Shown here: one piece after another, positions 42,366 through 53,183 of the stretch
Numbering within the stretch: the first letter of the stretch is position 1
Layout of the letters: each line of letters begins with the position of its first letter
DNA from: an uncultured delta proteobacterium
GTDB lineage: Bacteria > Desulfobacterota > Binatia > Binatales > Binataceae
Length of the DNA stretch: 64,000 bases
Direction of reading: 5' to 3'
Assembly: GCA_963805315.1 (NCBI GenBank)
Contig: CAWDTQ010000015.1
Span: 516,722-580,721, forward strand
Notes under the pieces: model-generated
Databases searched by the model: none
Told to the model about the DNA's origin: nothing
What the model saw: only the letters and a program-made list of their open reading frames with translations
Position numbers and translations under genes: made by a program

Positions 42366-43328
42366 GTGCCTCGCGTTTCTGTAATCATTCCCGCTTACAA
42401 CGCTGCTGCGACTATCGCCGGCACCGTTGACAGTGTCCTCGCCCAGACTTTCCAGGATTTCGAAATAATCTGCGTTGACGACGGCTCGACCGACGCGACT
42501 CTCGCGATCGTCGGGCAGTATGGCGACCGGGTGCGGCTCATCGAGCAGCCCAACAGCGGGCCGGCCGCGGCGCGCAACAACGGCGCCCGGCATTCGTCGG
42601 GTGAATATCTCGCATTTCTCGACGCCGACGACCTCTGGATGCCGGCGTTTCTCGAGCGCAGCGTGGCGGCGCTGGACGCCGACCCTGCTCTATCGCTGGT
42701 GTACTGCAACTGCGCGCTCGCCGACAGCGAGGGCGTCGCAATTGACACGTCGCTGGTCGGGCCCGGCTTCGACCATCCGCCGTCGCTTCGTGAATTGCTG
42801 ACGCGATTGTGGCCGATAATGCCGAGCGCGGCCGTCGTCCGGCGGTCTGCGTACGACGCGTGCGGCGGCTACCGCGACGCCTTGAAGGGCGCGAGCTTCC
42901 GCTTCGAGGACGTGGATTTCTGGATCAAGATGCGCGAGCAGGGGCCGTTCGGCTATATCGCCGAGCCGCTGATCACGTGGCGGTTCGCGTGGTTTCCCCG
43001 CCAACTCAAGCGGCTGCCCGACTACTCCAAAGCGCTGCACGTTTTCGAGGCGTATCTGCAGGAGCGCTACGGCGTTTCCGCGGCGCCGCTGGTCGATGCG
43101 CGCGCGCGGGCGCCGCGCAGTATACTGGCGACAATAGGGTTGAAGGCGCTGCGCGACGGCGATCGGCCGAGGGCGCGGGCGGCATTCGCGCGTGCAATCA
43201 GGGTCGATCCTTCGCGTCTCAAGAACTACCTGCGCTGGATGCGGACCTTTTTGCCGCATCGGTTGGCGCAGAGTCTTTCGGGTGGAAGTTCGCGGCGCGC
43301 TCGATCTGATCGCGCTTATCAGGAATAA
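42366..43328 (+). CDS. Family 2 glycosyltransferase
   Basis: VSVIIPAYNAAATIAGTVDSVLAQTFQDFEIICVDDGSTDAT…FLDADD. GTG start. Confidence 0.85.
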   Translation: MPRVSVIIPAYNAAATIAGTVDSVLAQTFQDFEIICVDDGSTDATLAIVGQYGDRVRLIEQPNSGPAAARNNGARHSSGEYLAFLDADDLWMPAFLERSVAALDADPALSLVYCNCALADSEGVAIDTSLVGPGFDHPPSLRELLTRLWPIMPSAAVVRRSAYDACGGYRDALKGASFRFEDVDFWIKMREQGPFGYIAEPLITWRFAWFPRQLKRLPDYSKALHVFEAYLQERYGVSAAPLVDARARAPRSILATIGLKALRDGDRPRARAAFARAIRVDPSRLKNYLRWMRTFLPHRLAQSLSGGSSRRARSDRAYQE

Positions 43329-43339
43329 ATATTCGGTAA

Positions 43340-44605
<1,266 letters not shown>

Positions 44606-44607
44606 TT

Positions 44608-44689
44608 TAATTGTAGTACTGGGTGCAGGGGTCACCCCTGCCCAAGGAAGCGTGAAACCCACGGAGGGTTTCACATTCAATAAAGTGAT
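44608..44689. repeat. Two-hairpin REP-like element, copy A (inverted relative to copies B and C)
   Basis: aattgtagtactgggtgcaggggtcacccctgcccaaggaagcgtgaaacccacggagggtttcacattcaataaagtgat. Its hairpins are gcaggggtcacccctgc and gtgaaaccc-N6-gggtttcac. Confidence 0.7.
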
Positions 44690-44701
44690 CTACCCTTCCA
44701 A

Positions 44702-45001
44702 TCACCGACCCATCTGATCGAGCAAATGCAAAATCACCCCAATCCCCGGGAGATTGACCTCGAGTTCCTCGCCAAGCGTGCGAATAACGCGCACGCGCCG
44801 CAATGCATCCCGATCGTACAGCCCCTCGACGCGTCCCCGCACGCGCTCGACCCGCACGGGAGCAATTAAATCCTCGCGCTCCCATGACTTAAGCTCGCGC
44901 TCGCTGATTCCGCCTATCGCGCAGAACACACTGCGGCTCATCAACACTACTTCGCCGCGTGTCGAGCGTCGGGATGAGGTTCGCCGCGCCATCGCATTCA
45001 A
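44702..45001 (-). CDS. MerR-family chaperone modulator (CbpM/HspR-like)
   Basis: …FCAIGGISERELKSWEREDLIAPVR…YDRDALRRVRVIRTL…EVNLPGIGVILHLLD. It lies directly downstream of the DnaJ-like gene. Confidence 0.65.
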   Translation of the reverse strand: MNAMARRTSSRRSTRGEVVLMSRSVFCAIGGISERELKSWEREDLIAPVRVERVRGRVEGLYDRDALRRVRVIRTLGEELEVNLPGIGVILHLLDQMGR

Positions 45002-45008
45002 CTCCCGA

Positions 45009-46136
45009 TCACTTCGACGCCATCAACTCGGCGCGCGGGTCGGCAATCCCGCGCTCCTTCAGGCTATCGGCCAACTGCTGCATCAGCGCGCGCTCTTTGG
45101 CGGTCAAATCGGTCGGTGCGAGCACCTTCAGTTCGTACAGCAGGTCTCCGGCCGGCTCCTTGCCGCGCGCAGGCAGTCCGCGCCCGCGCAGCCGCATCAC
45201 GCGTCCGGTCTGGCTGCCGGCGGGAATCTTGAGCGACACCCGCCCGTCGACAGTCGGCGCCGTAATTTCGCCGCCCAGCACCGCTTCGTAGTCCCACACC
45301 GGCAGACTGACGCGCAGGTCGCGGCCTGCAATCGCGAACACCGGGTTCGGTTCGAGTCTGATGGTCAGAAACAGATCGCCATTCTGATCGGGTCGCGGTG
45401 CGCGGCCGCCCTGCCCCTTCAGTCGCAACTGCGTGCCGTCCGAGACGCCCGCCGGGATTGTTACTTCGAGCGTGCGCCGCGCCGCGACCACGCCGCTTCC
45501 GCCGCAGGTCGGGCATTGTTCCGCGGAGCGAATCACGCGCGCCTTACCCTGCTTCTCCTCGCGCGCGATCATCCCGCTGCCGCCGCAGGTCGCGCATTCG
45601 TCCTCGGCGACCAGATCGAGCCGCCGCTTCGCGCCCTTGATTGCATCGACCAGCGTGATTCCGACCTCGGCGCGCAAGTCGGGCGCGCGCGCCGGCTCCG
45701 TTCCGAAGTCGAACCTGGAAAAGCCCCGCGACGCGCCGCCGCGACTTCGTCCGCCGGCGCGCTCAAATCCGCCGCCACCGCCGCCGCCGAAGAATTGTGA
45801 AAAGAAATCGCTGAAGTCGCCGCCGCCAAAATCCGCACCCGCGCCGCGGCCCGCGCCGGCCGCCGACTGTTGCCGCGCATAGCGGCGCATCATCTCTTCC
45901 TGCGACACGCCATGCTCCCAGTCCGCGCCCAGCTCGTCGTACTTCTTGCGCTTCTCGGGATCGCTGATGACCTGGTAGGCCTCGTTCAGTTCCTTGAACT
46001 TCGCCTCGGCCTCCTTGTTGTTCGGATTGACGTCGGGATGGAACTTGCGGGCGAGCTTGCGATACGCACTTTTGATTTCCGCGTCGCTCGCCTTGCGTTC
46101 CACGCCGAGCACTTTGTAGTAATCGCGAAATTCCAT
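45009..46136 (-). CDS. DnaJ-class co-chaperone (CbpA-like; only two CxxCxGxG motifs)
   Basis: J domain ([33 protein letters not shown]), a G/F-rich linker, and the motifs CATCGGSG and CPTCGGSG. Confidence 0.9.
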   Translation of the reverse strand: MEFRDYYKVLGVERKASDAEIKSAYRKLARKFHPDVNPNNKEAEAKFKELNEAYQVISDPEKRKKYDELGADWEHGVSQEEMMRRYARQQSAAGAGRGAGADFGGGDFSDFFSQFFGGGGGGGFERAGGRSRGGASRGFSRFDFGTEPARAPDLRAEVGITLVDAIKGAKRRLDLVAEDECATCGGSGMIAREEKQGKARVIRSAEQCPTCGGSGVVAARRTLEVTIPAGVSDGTQLRLKGQGGRAPRPDQNGDLFLTIRLEPNPVFAIAGRDLRVSLPVWDYEAVLGGEITAPTVDGRVSLKIPAGSQTGRVMRLRGRGLPARGKEPAGDLLYELKVLAPTDLTAKERALMQQLADSLKERGIADPRAELMASK

Positions 46137-46168
46137 CCAGGATACTCAGTTAGCTATAATCCAGATAC

Positions 46169-46399
46169 TCAGTGGCTATAGTTACTTACTATGCTCGAAT
46201 AGCCACTCACGCATCGGAAGGCGGCCGCGGCTGCGTTGAGTGCCGTCGACGCCTGCGTCAGCGCCGCCATCCGCGCCTCCATCGCGCGAAGTTCCGCTTC
46301 GAGCGCCGCCTGGCGGCGCCAGATGAACACGACATAAAGGAAGATCGCCGCGAAGATGATGCTGTAGGCGGCGAACAGGTAGCCGAGATTTTCCATCAA
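46169..46399 (-). CDS. ccmD: Haem exporter protein CcmD
   Basis: (M)MENLGYLFAAYSIIFAAIFLYVVFIWRRQAALEAEL…. It lies directly downstream of ccmC. The C-terminal tail is unusually long. Confidence 0.6.
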   Translation of the reverse strand: MMENLGYLFAAYSIIFAAIFLYVVFIWRRQAALEAELRAMEARMAALTQASTALNAAAAAFRCVSGYSSIVSNYSH

Positions 46400-46408
46400 T
46401 CAATTCCA

Positions 46409-47124
46409 TTATTTGTTATCGGACGCGGCCGCGATCGCGAACGCGATCCTCACCGCCAATTCGCCCATCCGGCTGCGCGTCCGCAACTGCGTGAATCGAA
46501 GCATCAGCAGCCAGGCCCACAACGCCGTGAACGCGGCCATCGACACCAGCAGCGTCGCGACCATCCGCGGGTCTTCCAGGCCGTGTCCGCCCTGCTTCGT
46601 CACCAGCACCGCGGGATGAATCGTGCGCCAAAGCCGCACGGACGCAATGACTATCGGCACATCGAGCACCGCGATGATTCCGATCACCGCCGCGAAGCGC
46701 GCGGTCTGCGGCGTGTCGTCGGCGATCGCGCGCAGCATCAGGTAGCCGCCGTACATCAGCCACAGGATGAAGGTGGTCGTGAGCCGCGAGTCCCACGTCC
46801 ACCACGTGCCCCAAATCGGCTTGGCCCACATCGAACCGGCGACAATCATCAGCGTGCAGAAGACCATTCCGGTTTCCGCCGCGGCGTAGCCGAGGTCGTC
46901 CCACATTTGATCGCCGAGCCACAGGTAAAATATTCCCGCGATCGCGACCAGCCCGAACGCCGCAAACGCGACCCATGCGCAGCGGCACATGAAAATAGAA
47001 AATCCGCTGCGCGATTCCCTGGTTCGGCTTCGGGCGGTACATAGTCGAAGACCATGAACAGCGCCGCGATCATCAGCGCCAGCGTCATGTAATCCCAGCC
47101 AGTTGCGAATTGCGTGTTGTTCAT
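46409..47124 (-). pseudogene. ccmC: Haem exporter CcmC, about 2 frameshifts as sequenced
   Basis: The WGTWWTWDSRLT (WGxxWxWD) motif is in ORF 46409-47149. N-terminal parts (MNNTQFATGWDYMTLALMIAALF…, …RIFYFHVP…) lie in two other frames. Confidence 0.85.
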
Positions 47125-47145
47125 GCTTGCTACCAAATCGTGTCG

Positions 47146-47816
47146 TCAATCCTCACCGACCACATACTCGAACAGCAGGTAACCGGCGGTGACGAACAGC
47201 ACGTCGAACGCGATCAGGATCTTGAGCCAGTCGCCCATCGCGGCAAGCGGCGCGCCCGACAGCGCCGCCGCGCTCGCCTTGACGCCGGCAATCAACGCCG
47301 GCACGAACATCGGCACGGCGAGAATCGGCAGCAGCATATCGCCGCCGCGAGTGCGTCCGGTGATCGCGGCGAGCAGCGTCGCCAGCGCGGAGAATCCAAG
47401 CGCGCCGAGCACCAGGATCGGCGCCAGCCGCGCGACCGACGGCGTCGAAATCGAGATTGAAGAACAGCGCCATCAGGATGACGGCGGCGACCTCGGCAAT
47501 CGCCATGAAGATCAACGCGGCGGCAAGCTTCGCGGCGTAGAGCGTCGCGGGATCGAGCGGGCTGAGCAGCAGCCCGCGAATGCGCCGTTGTCGCGCTCCG
47601 CGAGCATCGCGCGAGTCGCGCCGAGCATCCCGGCGAAGACCATCGCGACCCACAGCGCGCCCGCCGCCGCGTCGACGCTGCGCACGCGCGCTGCGTCAGC
47701 GCGAACACCAGCACCACCAGCATCAGCAGCGAGAGCGCGAGCAGAGCCAGCGTGCTCTCGCCGCTGCGAAGCTCGAGGCGCAGGTCCTTGCGCAGCACTG
47801 CGGCAAATCCCGACAC
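47146..47816 (-). pseudogene. ccmB: Haem exporter permease CcmB, frameshifted as sequenced
   Basis: The segments (V/M)SGFAAVLRKDLRLELRSGES…, …LLLSPLDPATLYAAKLAA.LIFMAI… and …LPILAVPMFVPALIAGVKA… lie in 3 frames. Confidence 0.75.
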
Positions 47817-47867
47817 TGCTTTTACCTGCCGAGCAGCGAGCGTAATCGCCCGCGCCGGACCTCCTCC

Positions 47868-48525
47868 TTATGCTCGCGCGCGGCAGCAGCCGGCCGCGCG
47901 AGATTTCGAACACCGCGAAATCGACGCCGTCGATTTCGGGGACCGCATGCGCGGTTGCTATCACCGAGGCGCCGCGTTCGACCGCGCCGCGAATCAAGCC
48001 CGCGACGATTTCGGCGCCGTCATGATCGAGCGACGCAAACGGCTCGTCGAGCAGCAGCAGCGTCGGGATCCGCCAGCATCGCGCGCGCCGCTGCCAGCCG
48101 CTGCTCCATCCCGCGCGAGAACGCGCGCACGCGGGTCTTCCGCAACGTCGGCAAGTCCGACCCGGCCGAGCCATTGCTCCGCTGACGCGCGCGGGTCGCG
48201 AATTGAATAAAGCTCGGCGTAGAATTCCAGGTTCTCGCGCGCGGTCAGATTCGGGTAGAGGAAACTCCGATGCGCCATCAGTCCGATTCGGCGCCGATAG
48301 CGCGCGGCGAGCCTGCGGCGTGTCCTGTCCGAAGACGAGCGCGTGGCCGGCGCTCGGCGCCTCGAGCCCGGCAATGATTCGCACCAGCGTGGATTTCCCG
48401 GCGCCGTTGCCGCCGACGATAAATACGCCCGCGCCCGGCATCACACGCAGATCCACGTCGCGCAGCACGGGCGCCAGACCGTAAGTCTTTGCCAGCCTGT
48501 GAGTCTCGACGATCGGCGCCGCCAT
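47868..48525 (-). pseudogene. ccmA: Haem exporter ATPase CcmA, frameshifted as sequenced
   Basis: Walker A (GGNGAGKSTL), then …IGLMAHRSFLYPNLTARENLEFYA… in an alternative frame, then Walker B (LLLLDEPFASLD). The proposed stop TAA at 47868-47870 is followed by an AAGGAGGAGG RBS. Confidence 0.8.
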
Positions 48526-49097
48526 TACTCGGTCCGGGCGATGGCGCCGGGAATCGGTTTGATCGCGATACCGCATTGCGCGCAGAACTTCGAATCGACG
48601 GCGGCGCGCGTCCCGCATTGCGGACAGAAGCGCATCTTGCTCGATGCCGACGACGGCTGCGGCTGCTGCGGCGGTGGCGAGGCTGGCGGCGTCCGCGGCT
48701 GCTCGATGTGCAAAACCATAGTCGCCATTTCGGTACTGCGAGGCAGCGGCGCGGGTCGGCGCGGCGCCGGCGTCAGCGTTGTGACCGTCGCCTTCTTCGC
48801 GCTCACGGCCTTGTCGCTTGGCGCGCGAAGATTCTCGACCGCGGCCATCGCGGTCAGCGCTCGATCCTCGAGCGCTTTGTGCATCGATTCGTAGTCGGCG
48901 TCGGACAGCTTGCCCATCTCGCGATCGAACTCGAGTTCGCGCAGACCCTGCACCGCAAGCGCGCGCTCATGCTCGTGGCGCTCGACCTGCAGCTCGTCGG
49001 CCGACTTCGCGCGCGCTCCGACGAGCCCGATACCGAGCGGCGCCGCGACGAACAGCGCGACGCCGGCGATGATCAACGCTGCGGCCAGGATGAACAC
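48525..49097 (-). CDS. Membrane-anchored protein with C-terminal zinc ribbon (ccm operon member of unknown role)
   Basis: N-terminal TM helix (MFILAAALIIAGVALFVAAPLGIGLV), a charged helical region, a Pro-rich linker, and the zinc ribbon RFCPQCG…FCAQCG. Confidence 0.5.
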   Translation of the reverse strand: MFILAAALIIAGVALFVAAPLGIGLVGARAKSADELQVERHEHERALAVQGLRELEFDREMGKLSDADYESMHKALEDRALTAMAAVENLRAPSDKAVSAKKATVTTLTPAPRRPAPLPRSTEMATMVLHIEQPRTPPASPPPQQPQPSSASSKMRFCPQCGTRAAVDSKFCAQCGIAIKPIPGAIARTE

Positions 49098-49100
49098 CGG

Positions 49101-49631
49101 TTATCTGCGCTCCTTGAGTTCTTTTTCGAGTTTGCGCCTGAGCTCGGGATCGAATGCCGCCGACGCCGCGTCCGGCTTCGAGTCAGACGGCGCTGACGGT
49201 GCCCTGGAATGCCATCGCCCGACCGCCAGCGCCATCAGGCCGCCGCCGAGCGCCAGCGCGATGAACGGCATCGTCCACGCCAGCAGGTTGAAGCCCTCGG
49301 TGGTCGGCGCTGAAAGAACTTTCTCGCCGTACTCCCGCCGATAGAAGGCGATTATCTGCGCGCGAGTCTTGCCCTCGCCGATCATCCGATCGATTTCGCG
49401 GCGCATCGGCACTGAGAAACCGCAAGTCGGCATATTGCAGTTGGCGACCGTCAATCCGCAGCCGCATTGGCAGGTCAAACCCTCGGAAACCTGCGAATTC
49501 GTTGGAGTTTCGGCTGCGAATGTTTCACGTGAAACGTTTTTTAGTTCAGGAGAAAGAAAAACGAATAGCGCCGCGGCGAGGAAGATGAGCGACGACGCGA
49601 GTGTGAGTTGCGCACGCACAGCCCTAGTCAC
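49101..49631 (-). CDS. ccmH: Cytochrome c-type biogenesis protein CcmH/NrfF-like
   Basis: …LTCQCGCGLTVANC…MRREIDRMIGEGKTRAQIIAFYRREYGEKVLSAPTTEGFNLLAWTMPFIAL… follows the CcmH pattern, with a C-terminal TM helix. Confidence 0.75.
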   Translation of the reverse strand: MTRAVRAQLTLASSLIFLAAALFVFLSPELKNVSRETFAAETPTNSQVSEGLTCQCGCGLTVANCNMPTCGFSVPMRREIDRMIGEGKTRAQIIAFYRREYGEKVLSAPTTEGFNLLAWTMPFIALALGGGLMALAVGRWHSRAPSAPSDSKPDAASAAFDPELRRKLEKELKERR

Positions 49632-51650
49632 CTCCGGGCGCCGCGACGTCGGCGAGTTCCGGCATCTCGGTCGATGAGCGGCTGAGCGCGGACGCGATTG
49701 CGGCGCGCTCGCGCACGTTCGGCCACATTACTATCACCGTGCCGAGCACCATCATCAGGCCGCCCGCCCACAGCCAGAACACCAGCGGCGTCAGGAATAC
49801 TTCGAAGGTCGCGGTCTGTCCGTCGTCGTCGATTCCGGCGAGCACGACGTAGAGGTCGCTCAGCGGCGTCGAGCGGATCGCGACTTTGGTCGCGGGCTGC
49901 TGCGGACGCTTGAAGAACAGCTTCGCCGGCGACATCACGGTGATTTCGCGGCCGTCTGAGCTCAGCACCTGGACGCGCGCGGTCGCGCTCTCGAGATGCG
50001 GCGTGTCGGTCTCGTACAGACCCTGGAAGCGCAGCGTGTACGAACCGATCGTGAAGCTGTCGCCCGCGTGCACGCTCTTTTTCACTTCGGTGCGAAAGAA
50101 CGACGAGCCGACAATTCCGATGAACGCGACGATCACGCCGACGTGGATGATATAGCCGCCGTAGCGGCGGTTGTTCTTGGCCACGAGATTGACGAGCGCC
50201 TTGGCGCGCGGCTCGGCGACCATGTGGCGGCGTGCATTAACCCCGCGGCGAAACTCGACGAGCACGGTGCCGAGCACGAACGCGGCCAGTGAGAACGCAG
50301 TCAGCACATACCATTGTCGGAGGCCGGCGACGGCGGCGACGATTCCGGTCGCGACGCCGATCGTTACGGGCGCGGCGAAGCTTCGTACGAGATTGTCAGC
50401 GGTCGTGCGTCGCCACGCGATCAGCGGCCCGATCCCCATCAGGAAGACGAGGCCGAGCGCCAGCGGTCCGTTGACGCGATTGAAGAACGGAGGTCCGACG
50501 GTGATCTTAACGCCGCGCACCGCTTCCGACAGCACCGGAAAAATCGTGCCCCAGAAAACTGCGAATGCGATCCCGACCAGCATCAGGTTGTTGAACAGGA
50601 ACGCCGCTTCGCGCGACAGGTACGATTCGAATTCGGCGGGACTGCGCAGTTCGCTTCGAGCGGAAAATCAGAAGCGCGGTGTAGGCGAGGGTCACCGCTA
50701 TCAGGAAGCTGAGAAAATATGGGCCGAGGCCGGACTGCGTGAACGAATGCACCGACGAGATGACGCCGCTGCGCGTGATGAACGTGCCGAAGAGCGTTAG
50801 TCCGAACGCTAGTCCGATTAGCGAGAGGTTCCAGACCTTCAGCATGTCCTTGCGTTCCTGGATCATCACCGAATGCAGATACGCCGTCATCACCAGCCAC
50901 GGCATGAATGCTGCGTTCTCGACCGGGTCCCACGCCCAGTAACCGCCCCAGCCCAGCACCTCGTAGGCCCATCGCGCGCCGAACATATTGCCGAGCGTGA
51001 GAAAGAACCACGAAAAAATCGCCCAGCGGCGCGTCGAGCGAATCCATCCGTCGTCGAGTTTGCCGGTGATCAGCGCGGCGGCGCCGAATGCGAACGGCAC
51101 GGTCGCGCTGACGTAGCCGGTGTAGAGACGACGGCGGATGAATCGCCATCCAGTAGTTCTGCAGCAGCGGATTCAGGTCGGAGCCTTCGGCGGGAACCGC
51201 CGCGAGCAAATCGAATGGACGCGTGACGAAGTTCAGCATCAGCAGAAAAAAGATCGCGACGCCCGCGAGCACCGCGAGCGCATACGGGGCGATCTCGGGA
51301 TTACGGCGGCGATTCTGGAACGCGGCGATCGACGTGAAGATCGACAGCAGCCACGTCCAGAACAGCAGCGAGCCCTGCTGCCCGCCCCATAGCGAGGTGA
51401 TTTTGTAGACGGTGGGGAGCGTGGTGCTGGAATACGCGGCGACGTACTCGAGCGAGAAGTCGCTGCGAAGAAGCGCGACCCACAGCACGACGACCGCGAT
51501 CGTGACCATCGCGCACATCGCCCAAATCGCGTGGCGGGCGCTAACGACGAAATCGGGCGAATTGCGGCGCGCGCCGTAGATATTCGCGACGATGGAATAG
51601 ACGGCGAGAATCAGCGCGATCGCGAGCGCGAGGTTGCCAAGTTGCGGCAT
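49624..51650 (-). pseudogene. ccmF: Haem lyase CcmF, at least 2 frameshifts as sequenced
   Basis: MPQLGNLALAIALILAVYSI…SLWGGQQGSLLFWTWLL… is in the ORF 50583-52127 frame. …WAYEVLGWGGYWAWDPVENAAFMPWL… is ORF 50507-51100. The C-terminal third is ORF 49624-50583. Confidence 0.85.
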
Positions 51651-51664
51651 CAAAAAAACCCGCT

Positions 51665-52127
51665 CTATTGTGATTGCTTGGGCTTGTACTTGGAAGGGCA
51701 GCTCGTGAGCACCTGGGTCGCGGCTATGGCGCCGTCGGCGCCGAGCTTGCCTTCGACAATAACGTCGCGGCCGGGCGCGAACATGTCGGGCTTGGGCTCG
51801 CCGGCAGCATACGACGCGGAACGAGACGGGATCGGACGCGACATCGGATGCCCCTGCGGAAACGGGTTTGACGGCGGCAGCGTCGACGTCGGGAATCGGC
51901 ACGATTTCAAATTTGAGGGTGAGCGAGTTCGGGTCCCAGTTGATGGTGTCCGGCTTCACGCGGCCGGCTACGCGGATCGCCTGTCCGCCGAGCTCGCTTT
52001 GGCGCGCGGCCACCTCGGGTACGGTCAGGTAGTACTCGGAGGTGGTGCGAATCGCACTGAAGATAAGGTATCCGATGGCGGCGGCGATCAGGCCGACGCC
52101 AATGAAAAATCGCGGACGGATTCGCAT
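51665..52127 (-). pseudogene. ccmE: Haem chaperone CcmE, Cys-variant (CxxxY), one frameshift as sequenced
   Basis: MRIRPRFFIGVGLIAAAIGYLIFS…AIRVAGRVKPDTI…FRVV joins the second frame: YAAGEPKPDMFAPGRDVIVEGKLGADGAIAATQVLTSCPSKYKP. The haem-binding position reads CPSKY instead of HxxxY. Confidence 0.8.
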
Positions 52128-52135
52128 TGCAAAGT

Positions 52136-52200
52136 AATTGTAGTGAAACCCGCGGTGGGTTTCACGCTTCCTTCGGCAGGGGTGACCCCTGCACCCAGTG
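52136..52200. repeat. Two-hairpin REP-like element, copy B
   Basis: aattgtagtgaaacccgcggtgggtttcacgcttccttcggcaggggtgacccctgcacccagtg. It lies in the ccmE 5' leader region. Confidence 0.7.
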
Positions 52201-52270
52201 AAAGGAAAGATGCGGGACTTCGTCCCTGTTAGGAAGTTGGTTTAGGGAAAAGATTTCTCCGCGACCGGTT

Positions 52271-52361
52271 CCCCTTCCCACAGTGGGAAGGGGTTAGGGG
52301 TTAGGTTCCGCGCATCGACGGCCGCCGCATATTTTCCTCTCCCTGTCAGGATAGGGAGAGG
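52271..52361. repeat. Short GC-rich hairpin repeats (family 2)
   Basis: ccccttcccacagtgggaagggg (52271-52293) and cctctccctgtcaggatagggagagg (52336-52361). Relatives occur at 57812-57879 and 42234-42266. Confidence 0.5.
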
Positions 52362-52663
52362 CAAGCGCTGCTCGCGCTTTGGCTTTCGGACCAATCTGTA
52401 CTACGGCGGACGCACTAATCCGCTGCGTACTTCACCAGCAAACCTACTACCAAAACGGTGGCTGCAAGGAATATTGGCCCCCAAAACAAGAAAACGCTCG
52501 CACCGATACGGGAACGACCAGCAATTGCCACTTCGCGCTTCCACCAGTGGTTCAACTGCTTTAGCTCGCTAGGCGTTCTTCAGATTGGTTGCATTCAGAG
52601 ATTTCTAAGGCAGCCGGAGAAAATCCCGCCAGCAGAAGCACGTCGATCAAGTTCTGCCTGTAG

Positions 52664-52804
52664 TCACGGCATTGCTGATAAGAAATCGAACGTCAACCGC
52701 TTCGTCAGACCTACCATGCTGCCCCTCGCCGGAGGAGTGATGAACTTCGGCACCATCAAGTACCAGCCCACAAGGGCGATCGCGGCAGCGTGGCGGGGCT
52801 TCAT
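52664..52804 (-). CDS. Small secreted hypothetical protein (short paralogue)
   Basis: MKPRHAAAIALVGWYLMVP… shares its N-terminus with the upstream neighbour, and the remainder diverges. It may be a decayed copy. Confidence 0.3.
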   Translation of the reverse strand: MKPRHAAAIALVGWYLMVPKFITPPARGSMVGLTKRLTFDFLSAMP

Positions 52805-52805
52805 T

Positions 52806-53093
52806 CTATTTTTCCTTGAGGCGCGGATCGTCGGATGCGATGAACAGTGGGAAGCACAGAGGCCCCATAAGCTCGTAGCCTTCGCCGTTCTGAAAGGGAT
52901 GGCATCCCTCTGAGATTTTGTGGTTGCATTCAACTTCGGTGTCGAAGGTCGCGTCGCGGGTCCATTTGCTAAGCGGAGTTTCGCGGTACTGGCCATTCTT
53001 AAAAGATTGTGACGGAGGCAGAATCAGATACCAGCCGGCAAGCGCGAGCGCGGCAGCGTGGCGAGGCTTCATCAACATTGAGTTATCAGACAC
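52806..53093 (-). CDS. Small secreted hypothetical protein
   Basis: (MSDNSML)MKPRHAAALALAGWYLILPP…PLSKWTRDATFDTEVECNH…. The start codon is ambiguous (53093, 53078 or 53072). Confidence 0.4.
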   Translation of the reverse strand: MSDNSMLMKPRHAAALALAGWYLILPPSQSFKNGQYRETPLSKWTRDATFDTEVECNHKISEGCHPFQNGEGYELMGPLCFPLFIASDDPRLKEK

Positions 53094-53183
53094 GCGCGGG
53101 ACCGACAGATGGCGGACTCCCTACGCGGGCGTTGCTCGCTTCAGTCAGGATGACACAAAAGGGATCAGAAGAAGCGGATCGGG

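Noticed and set aside
47512-48618. A single 368-aa protein spanning ccmA and ccmB
   Set aside because: It is a composite. Walker A and Walker B are in this frame, but the middle of CcmA and all of CcmB read correctly only in other frames. It is treated as frameshifted ccmA plus ccmB.
49519-49540. 20-bp near-perfect palindrome aatgtttcacgtgaaacgtt followed by a T-run
   Set aside because: It looks like a terminator or operator, but it lies inside the ccmH coding frame (…ELKNVSRETFAAE…) on the opposite strand. No second copy or known operator consensus could be matched, so it is left unassigned.
50583-52127. A single 514-aa protein
   Set aside because: It is a composite of the CcmE N-terminus, out-of-frame linker sequence and the CcmF N-terminus. 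ccmE ends at 51665 in another frame and ccmF starts at 51650.
52379-52660. Possible ~45-aa TM peptide on the minus strand (…GASVFLFWGPIFLAATVLVVGLLVKYAAD*) and plus-strand ORFs 52379-52913
   Set aside because: There is no canonical start codon or RBS, and the ORFs are short and unsupported. They lie in a repeat-rich spacer.
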